Shown here piece by piece: positions 23,478 to 32,324 of a DNA stretch of 32,324 bases (position 1 is its first letter; each line of letters opens with the position of its first letter). The DNA lies in NCBI GenBank assembly GCA_040357565.1, contig JBDODJ010000126.1. One strand, given 5' to 3'. This DNA is from Cercozoa sp. M6MM. Its lineage: Eukaryota > Protista > Endomyxa: Ascetosporea. Position numbers and translations under genes: made by a program. The notes beneath the pieces were generated by a model. The model searched no databases. It saw only the letters and a list, made by a program, of their open reading frames with translations, and was not told the origin of the DNA.

Positions 23478-23772
23478 CGACCCTAGTCCAACACAAAGCG
23501 ACGCTACAGCTGGCTATGGTTCGTTTTCACGTCAGTGAAGTTAAAACGATAATTGATAAGCCTGCCTTCCAGGTTCTCTGGCAGTTTTCGTGAGGTCAGC
23601 GGTCACGGTCAAGGGTCAGCTTGTAGTTCCTGCCCATCGAGTTTGCCATGCACTCTTTATCCGTATCGGTACATAAATACACTCTGTCGCGAGGCGATCT
23701 TAGTGCATCTTGTCGATCTCGGCGCAGAATCTTAGCGTTCCTCACGGACCGGCAACCAACATTCCATACGTG

Positions 23773-24854
23773 ATGTTGTTTGCGCTGTCGTTTTTTCAGT
23801 TTGTCGTATCAGCTGTGCTTGGATCTGACTCGTACTGCTTTCAGTTGAAATTTCTTTCTCTTTGTGACCTTCAGCTGTATTGCGAATTTTGTCAGCGCGT
23901 GTTTGGCTCAGTTTGACTACCCGCACGAATGGGACATCCGAGATCTGATCCAACTCTACGCGGACTATTTTCCGATACCCGTCCAAATCGGTCCGCGTTT
24001 TGAAGCAGCTACTGTCTCGGATGTTGACACTTTGCTTCTGAAGATTTCCCCTGCGTCCTCACTGGTCGACTCAAACAAACACATTGAGCGATTTAAACTG
24101 CCAGGAGCACCTCTACTGCACCTTTTTGCGAACCGCCATTCTAACGAGTTGACTTGGAAGAACAAGCTCAATGCATTTGCACGACATTGCTTCGGTGCGC
24201 GCAATCTCGCAGCAGTCAGCATGGAAGTTACCTTCTTGGGAAGTTACAACTCGGAAAGGCTTTCGGTAAGCATGCCCTATATGTTCCGTTGGAAACCTCT
24301 GAGCTTTAGCAACTCAATCTGGGATCGGGGATGTCAACTCGTAGCCACACCCGTCAAACTCACCACGCTTGCTTGTGCCTCTGATTGGCGACATAGACTT
24401 AATCCTGCCAGGAGAAGGTTTTTACGAGCTTATTTCTGGTGTCAACGCCTTGTACTTGCCGCCCGAACAGACGGCATTTCTGTACCCACAATCCACTTGG
24501 GCAGTGTATGCAGAAAGTAAGTTTAAGTGTTCTACTGGAGTTGGAGGGTTTTAATTTTATACATCTGTTAACGGTATACAGTGACTTCTTGTTTCAGTAC
24601 TTGTGGACCTATCTGGCGCATCTAAAACCTCCAGTCCAACCATGTATAAGCACAAAGCCGTAAATTTACTGGAAGCATTATCGGTTGCTTTTGTCTGCCT
24701 GGGCAGAGCAGAGTGGACGATCTTGGTTCTTGCTACCGGTCTTCTTTTGTGGATCTTCATAGCGGCGTTGTGGATTGACCACAGGCGTCAGGCTGTGCCA
24801 GGCCCAGAAAGACTCAACTTCCCACGAGGACAAACCACTGTAAAACTAACTTAA
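23773..24854 (+). CDS. Hypothetical type-I membrane protein (signal peptide, luminal domain, C-terminal TM)
   Basis: MLFALSFFQFVVSAVLG signal; long exon FDYPHEWDIRDLIQLY...; LLVPLIGDIDLILPGEGFYELISGVNALYLPPE; TM WTILVLATGLLLWIFIAALWI; three phase-consistent introns. Confidence 0.65.
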
Positions 24855-24923
24855 ACTTACTGGGATACCTGGTTTCGTCCGGTTCATGAGTTGTCCTCAC
24901 AGTTGACGATCCCAAGCCATGTA

Positions 24924-25285
24924 ATGAAACCAGAAGATGCCGAAAGAGGAATGCGACGGTGTCTAGCGGATGTGGATCCTATGTCCAGCAACCACCCTGA
25001 CAAAAATCAAGCAAGAAAACACAAGTTCAGGCTCGATCATTGTCAGTGTTTGATATGGTACGTGTGCTGCTGCAATAACCGCACCCCGATAATCGACAAC
25101 CCACTGCTAGTATGAATACTTCGCGGTTTTAGTTGGGAGGATTTGCACGTCAACAAATCTGAGGTTGCCAGTATTCAGGTGGGTCTCTGTTGATTCCTTA
25201 TCAGCTGCAGTTCCAAGACAAATTCATGGGGTCTGTGTTCAGTGCTGTCGAAGCGCAATAATGCATGCTGACTGGTACAACACAC

Positions 25286-25339
<54 letters not shown>

Positions 25340-25349
25340 NNNNNNNNNN

Positions 25350-25403
<54 letters not shown>

Positions 25404-25707
25404 TACACACACACACACACACACATACACACACGCACACACACGCACGCACGCGTTTTTGCAAATTCACACAGCTTTGCGCGTCATCTTTCCTTGAGGT
25501 ACCAATACCAATATCAGCACTGTCGATTTCTAGATACGTGGTACCATCCATTATGCGCTTGATGCGATTTTACCGACAGTCAAGACTTTAGGTACAATAT
25601 ATTTGCCAAGTTATCTCAAGTGCGACAAGTACACCTGACACCTGTGATTTCACAGATGCGTCTTGTGCCGGCAACCTGTGCCAAAAGAGTGGTTTGGGAT
25701 AGAATAA
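24924..25707 (+). CDS. Small RING-finger protein (RING-CH/C4HC3-like variant), 6 exons
   Basis: Spliced CLICWEDLHVNKSEVASIQCCRSAIMHADCFARHLSLSQDFRCVLCRQPVPKEWFGIE* assembles all eight putative Zn ligands across exons. Confidence 0.75.
25280..25452. repeat. (CA)n microsatellite with 10-N gap (25340-25349), intronic
   Basis: Seen directly. Confidence 0.95.
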
Positions 25708-26181
25708 GGCACTTTCGTTCGCACTTGTTTAAAAAAACGCGAAAAACGAAACACTCTGTTCTTATACGTCCACCACCAATCCAAAGAAGCGGACATTGCG
25801 ATAAAAGGTGCGACCGACGCATGAACACCGTCAGTCGAGTTTCATAAGTTTGCATGGCTGCCAGCGACAAAACTACAGCGCAGTATCGCGTCGTGCATAC
25901 GCTTGTCTCAAACCAGGCATATTAACCATCCAAATGATGGTTTATTAATGCCTTTAAGTGGTTTAAAAATCGCTTCTCAACTCCAAATCAATCTGAAAAA
26001 CAGAACCCATAGCTTTTTCTCGATCTCCGACGGACACTTTTGAATTGAATTGCCCGCAATTCATAGCCGTTACACGCACACGACACAACAGTGCTGGGTA
26101 CCGGAGAAGTGCCAGTGGACGCGAACCTCACAGTTCCCAAAATATACATGCTTAAACAGCGCAGACGGACGGGACGGGGCT

Positions 26182-29100
26182 TTACTGACGATGCATGCGC
26201 ACTGGCGGCGCCTTGGGAGTCACGCGTCGACCACCACGGATTGGAATGACCACATGTCTGCGCTCGGTCGACATAGCGCGCCCACGTCCACCACCCGACT
26301 GCTGCAGACGATGCACCTGTTCAAAGCACACACCGTTTTTCGCCTTATCTGTCAAAAAGCCAGCATGATTGTTCGCACCTGCTTTTGCAGAGCATCGATG
26401 CGATCCTGCATTTCCTGTCGTTTCTGGTGGTTTAAACGTGCCGTTTCCAACAAAGCCTGCTCGTGCAGGGTTGCATCTTGCCGCATCTCTTTAACCTGCG
26501 CGCACATGTCTTGATAGCTCCCAAAAAGGCGATAACACTCAGGGCAAGATACAAGACGCTGCAGCCGTCGACGTTCGGTGCGCGCAGCCAACATGCCATG
26601 ATCGAGCTCTGCCCTCATAGGAAACAATAACACAATCACAGAGCCAGAGTAGTCAAGAGCACCTGCGAACTGTTGCTGCAGACGCACGTGCTGATCGATC
26701 TATAGGGAAAAGTTGGGGGAGATGAAAGAGACATCATCAAAAGTGACAGTGCGATTTAAAAGCACCTTAATCGACAAAGAATCCATGAGCAGTTGTAACT
26801 CGAACTGCAGCTCGCGTTTCTCCTACAGCAACAACAGACATCCCACAGGAGGAGGATGGACGAACAAAAACACAAGACACCTGAATCCACGCCTTTGCAC
26901 CTGCTGTCGAGGCCTCTTGTTCCTACGAGTAACATGCGGACCCTCTTAAACACACAAGGAATCAGGCAAGCAAAAATGAAACACACAGCAGCCTCGTCGC
27001 GCTTCATTTCGGCAATAAGCCGTGCACGTGCTAGATAAAAAATGTGCAGTGCATGCATCGGTTCAAAGGCAAGATTGAGTACCTTGCTCCTTGGCTGCCA
27101 GTTCATCGTTAGCACGTTGCAACGACTCCTGCAGCAGCTTGACCTGTGACACACATGCACATGTGTACACAACAAAGTCCTTGTATCTGCCTGTAGCAAG
27201 AGTAACCTGGTGTTCAAGTTTCTCGGAACGTTCCTCATCTTCCCTCTGCTTGTCTTCGGACTACTCAGGGAAGAAATCCTCGCGCGCGCGCGCGTGTGTG
27301 TGTGTGTATGTGTACCTGCTGCAAGCGACTCTCGAGTTGCGGGATGATGTCGTTAATCTTGGACTGCGCCACGACTAGCGACTGCTCGATCTGCACACAG
27401 ACACACACAAGTATACACCACAGGACATACACCACAGGACGAACATTGAGACAGAAACAATACGTTTTCACGCTGCAGTTTCGCTTCACTCGCCGAATCT
27501 CGAAGAACTTCGTTTTCGTCCGCTGCATCAGACATACATGCACAAATACATATTATGAATACACATACATGAAAAGCAAACACAGGATACACAGCTGCTG
27601 CATCTGCTGCTCAAGTTTCTGAGAGCGCTGCAGTGCTTGTTCGTACTGTCGTTGCAGCTGCACGACGACTGCCGCGGCGCCGCTGCCCTCTGCTGCAGTC
27701 TATGCCCAGCCAGTCACATAAAATCATATGCACACTGTCGTTTAGTAAAAACGGAGAGGGCAATACATCTTGGGCACTGCGCAGCGCAGCCGTGTCGGCA
27801 ACCTCGACGCGGTCCATTGCTGTTACCGAGTCCACATCTGACTCGGGCGACAGCGGACAAGACCGCGTCTTGGATCCTGTGTCTCCCTACACAGTGGTGT
27901 AGCCTCCTCTAGAGTAACTGTGCGAAAGCAGACAGAGGAGGTACCAGATCAGTCTGTAACGCCTCGATCAGTTGCTGCTGCTCGCGCAGTTGCGATTCAA
28001 GTTTGCGGACGATTCGTCTGTTAACACAGAGATCACGTAGATACATGCAAAGGTCGAACAAGCACGGTGCAAACGTACTTGTACTCAGCAACAGTTTTCT
28101 CGGCATTGATGCGCGCCTTGTTGGTCACTGCACGGACATGGATCTCCAAACATGCAACAACACACGCAAGGAGAGTCCAGGATTAACACTGAGTGGGTAC
28201 CCTTCTTGGCACGCTCACCGAACCTCATCGTCGATATCGTCTCTATAGGTAGACAAGTCAATCATAGAGTGTACAATCAGAGTACGAGTACCCTCGACAT
28301 TGAAGGACATTGGCGAGGCACACACGACTAGCGACGTCTTGGCGTTACCACCCAGCGAGTCCTGCACCCATACCGACACATTGAGAGTGTGCACACAAAA
28401 CACATGCAAGCACCTGCAGCAGACGCGTCAGTTTCGAGTCACGGTACCGTACGTGCGCTCCCTGCACACATACACAGACATACATAGATACTCACACACG
28501 CAAACACATACATAAGGGAAGCGTGCAAAACTACCTTTTCGGAGGAGAGAGCGTTGATGACATTGCCCAGCGCCGAGAGTGACTGGTTGATCTTCTTGGC
28601 CTCTTCAAGCAGCTGACCCGAGGCGCCTGTCTTGCGCACCTGCAGGGACACAGCCTCGTCTTTTCCCCGACTGACCTCAACCTGTCGAGACAACAATGCT
28701 ACCTTTTCACTGCCGGCAAGATCGCACAAGGTGATTTTACTCGTCGACTTTGCGTTGGTAGAAGTGTCTGCAGTGACGTACACAGTGTACAAAGTGCAGG
28801 CAATTGTACAGTAACTGGGGAGGGATACATGCCTACCTGTCTTGGTGAGACGCATCAGCAACACAGCATGCGAACGTGAAGAACCGGCATTCATCTAAAC
28901 CGACACACAAAGTAAATAACACGCGCACAAGCAGTACACGAGGTACCTTGGTGGAAGATACGGCACGGTTCTCCTGCCCGAGCTCCATGACATCGAGCGT
29001 CTCTTGCACGCTGGCCACCGATGTCATGGTCACTCCGTCCACTGCAGGCACACAGACCCAAGTAAATCAAGACATCAACATCGGACACAGATAACCAGGT

Positions 29101-30168
29101 GGACACACCGTAGATTCCACGCTTGGGATCCTCGCGGACGCGAAGGTTCTGCTTGGTCGAGTCCAGTAGGTCGCGAATACGCTCGCAGTAGATCTCAACG
29201 TAGCTGACCTAAAGGAAGGCAAGTGCAACAGGCAGTACATTCTGTGTTGTCGAATTTGAAAAAAAAAGTACCTGCACTGTAAATTCAAAGGTGTCGGGCG
29301 AGTCGGCGATTCGCTCAAAGATAGTCTCACTGAGTAAAGCAAGAGCAATTTGTGTTCCTTGAATTGCCACAGTTGAGGCACAAAAAGACGTCAACTCACA
29401 TGGTGCGAGGGATCAGACCGCGCAGTTCCGTGTGGTGCACACCTTCCTACCCACAGGGAAATGTATATTCACCCAGAACACACACATCGGGTACCATGGT
29501 GAAAGTCTTGCCTGCACCCGTCTGGCCGTACACAAAAATTGTTGCATTGTAGCCACTCATGACGTCCTCCACACTACGCACATAATATAAGCAGCAGATA
29601 GTATACAACCCTTTGATAAAGTAGATAAAGCAGCAGAGATATACATGGGCAGTGCGGTGTGTTCAAAGACACCGTCTTGTGTGGAGTCCGGCCCGAAAAC
29701 GTGATCGAACTGTGCAGGCACACGTGGTGTACTCCACCTTCCCGGTTTATCCCCTCCCCTTAGCCCTTTACCCCTATGCACACGCTTCAGGGAAGTACCG
29801 AGAAATTGCGCGTCGAATCATCACTCATCCGCAGCGACAGCGACCGATTGTCCTGAGACTGAAAAGTGCCATAATATACAGCTTTTTTTGTTTTTGTTTT
29901 GTTAATCAAATGATTCAATACCAACGACAGCACATCGACGGAGCCCTCATCAATTTCTCGCTGGTTTTGTGGACGGCTGCAAACGTACAAAACTGCTTTC
30001 TGTGTCAACCGAGGGAGAAAGAGGAAGGGTAGAAACTAACAACGTACAATCGTGCGAACACGCGAATCGAGTCTCCTTTCTTCTTCTCACCCCGACTGCC
30101 CGATTTAGAGAAGAGAAAAGGTGTGAAGCTGTGCGCAAGGGAAAGGGATTATGACAAACATACGGCAT
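26182..30168 (-). CDS. KHC: Kinesin-1 (conventional kinesin heavy chain)-like motor
   Basis: [34 protein letters not shown] (P-loop), [22 protein letters not shown] (switch I), [13 protein letters not shown] (switch II), [39 protein letters not shown], coiled-coil stalk, and an IAK-like tail HVVIPIRGG. Confidence 0.95.
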
Positions 30169-30345
30169 CTTGGCGCAGCAATGGCACCACAGAAACTAAA
30201 TAATCAGTGCACACACGCCTACACGGACGTCAAACGATGTTGCGCGGCGCCTCTAGCCCCCTTTAAAGATACAACATGATTTTTTGTTTTGGTGCGGTGC
30301 GGTACGGTACACTACAATTGTACAGTTGTAAGTTGTACTGTAACG
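30169..30345. promoter_or_regulatory. Putative bidirectional promoter (kinesin / F-box gene)
   Basis: 177 bp between divergent ATGs; contains CCTTTAAAGATA, which also occurs ~90 bp upstream of the SET gene start. Confidence 0.45.
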
Positions 30346-30919
30346 ATGCGACTCCACGAGCTACCCAATGATTTGCTAGTACATGTACCATTCATTCATT
30401 GCTATTGTTTGGCGCGGAATTTTGTGTGGAACTGCAGGTGGCGAAATTTTTGCCGATTCGCCAGTTGTATTCGGTTTGCGCAAGAAGGTACTTGTACGTT
30501 GCGGAAACGGTGTAATTGTGCAGTGTTTGTAACTGAGTGGTGGCTGTGTGCGTCAGCCCGTGGCTGCGCCGTGCCGCCGACGGAGCAAAGGTTTTGTGGT
30601 GTCGTCTGTGCCCTAAAATAGGTGATTGCGTGTAGGAGCATGTCTTTCGGCAAATTCCGCTTCCTTTATCTCGAATTTTGTCTGCTTCGGTATGATTCCG
30701 CTCTCCTCGACAACATCGGGGGTGTATCTGTTCCCTTTGAGTAGGGAATAAAGCACATCAAGCTTGCCGATTTGCAACGAGCTGAAGATGAAAAGTGCGT
30801 TTTTGTCTTTGTTGTTTAACAGAGGTTGATGTTTGTGAGCGTTCGCAGACAAAAGGACTTACCAGAATTACGCCATGAAATCTTGCGCTCTCTGGTATCG
30901 TCTGATCACCCAGTTCTTG

Positions 30920-31016
<97 letters not shown>

Positions 31017-31284
31017 CATCTGCCACCTGACAGAATGTGCAGCAGAAGCGTCAGTTGCACGATTACGTTTTCTCACTGTGGTACGTTTTGGCTTAAGCTC
31101 ACGTGACAGGTGAATTTATGTCTGTGCACGCTACAGCGAGGAATGTCTCCGTGCTCCGGGGAATAAACGACGGGTACGCCGCATGCAGTTGCCGGGCTTG
31201 TCGGTCCAGCTGTGCCACTCGTGCTCGCGAGGTCGCAAGTACCGCTGCTGTTCCCTGCAACAAGCAAAAAAGATGGTACGATTA

Positions 31285-31340
<56 letters not shown>

Positions 31341-31350
31341 NNNNNNNNNN

Positions 31351-31410
<60 letters not shown>

Positions 31411-32266
31411 CACACACGCACACACACACACACGCACACGCACACACATGTAGGGAGTGCCGCGAAACGTTTTGATGATGCTCGAAGCAGGCCAGTGTGC
31501 ACACTCTCCGCCGTGCTTTCACGACGACACCGTGGTGTATCTCATGCAGGATGTCGTGCGTGCACGTGATCGGTATCGTTGTTGCGATGTATCCTAAATG
31601 TATTCATCTTCATACGAAACCAAATTGGAGTCTAGACCCGGGAGATTTCTGACGCACATCAATTGGAAAGCAGAGCTGTTGCGTGACGCGATCGCTAGCT
31701 CTGATGCTGAGGCTGCGCGTCTCTTGTACGATCTCCTTATTCCACGGTATGTGTGTGTGTGTGTGGGGCAACTGCCTTCCGTATGTCATAGGAGCATTGA
31801 AGACGAACGAATAATGCAGTTCGTCAGTGTACGATGTGTCTTGTCGCACTCTGGAGTAACGCTTGTATGTACGTCCCCATGTGTCCGCAGAATAGCGTGC
31901 AGGCGAGCGCCGTTGTCAAAGTCGCTAAAATTTGTGCCTGGGCTGATCGGTACCCTCTCTTCTTGAAACCCGTGTCGACACAGATTGTTCGATTGCAGTG
32001 CAAGTACGCACGTGGAGACACGACTGACAGAGACGTGGGTCACTGAGTGGCACCGTCAACTGTCCAGACAACAGCCGACCCGGAATACCGAGAGTGACCC
32101 GAGTGGGAAGAACGAGGACGTCGACGCCAAACTTGAGCGTGCTGCACGCCGTTTCGTCTCGTCGTTGTCGGTTGCAGCGTCGGTAGACCGTGTGCTCAGG
32201 AGACATTTTCAGCAGTGCCGACGTGACATCCGGCTGGCTGTCGTAAGTCGAAAAGGCTGCTGTCTT

Positions 32267-32316
<50 letters not shown>

Positions 32317-32324
32317 CGCACTAG
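30346..32324 (+). CDS. F-box protein with XPA-like C4 zinc-finger/helical domain; 3' end beyond the window
   Basis: MRLHELPNDLLVHVAKFLPIRQLYSVCARSPWLRRAA (F-box); LCEECLRAPG...QLCHSCSRGRKYRCCSLQQAKKMG...DTVVYLMQDVVRAR. Confidence 0.75.
30923..31012. repeat. (TG)n microsatellite, intronic
   Basis: Seen directly. Confidence 0.95.
31287..31448. repeat. (CA)n microsatellite with 10-N gap (31341-31350), intronic
   Basis: Seen directly. Confidence 0.95.
32269..32315. repeat. (TG)n microsatellite, intronic
   Basis: Seen directly, between a GTAAG donor and the terminal CTAG. Confidence 0.9.

Overview
Gene-dense, very intron-rich nuclear DNA from a eukaryote, probably a protist; the lineage cannot be fixed from sequence alone. 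The raw ORF track is mostly uninformative because real exons are 12-300 nt, separated by roughly 40-180 nt GT-AG introns. Manual splicing (standard genetic code) gives 14 genes: NTF2/NXT1-like (partial), twinfilin, a 79-aa orphan, a large filamin-repeat + PH protein, a secreted class-3 lipase, an 84-aa membrane microprotein, a SET/post-SET protein, a 2x fascin-like beta-trefoil + Met/Gln-rich + annexin fusion, a multipass membrane protein, CutA, a type-I membrane protein, a small RING protein, kinesin-1 heavy chain and an F-box/XPA-like zinc-finger protein (partial). The best candidate for a new system is the fascin-annexin fusion, a potential Ca2+-gated actin-membrane tether with a condensate-like linker. 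It lies in the same window as a filamin-PH adaptor, twinfilin and kinesin-1. Also notable: an isolated degenerate 28S rRNA fragment, GTAC-biased splice donors, and complementary (TG)n/(CA)n intron tracts bracketing frame-preserving exons. All gene models are hand-built and unverified by RNA data or database searches.
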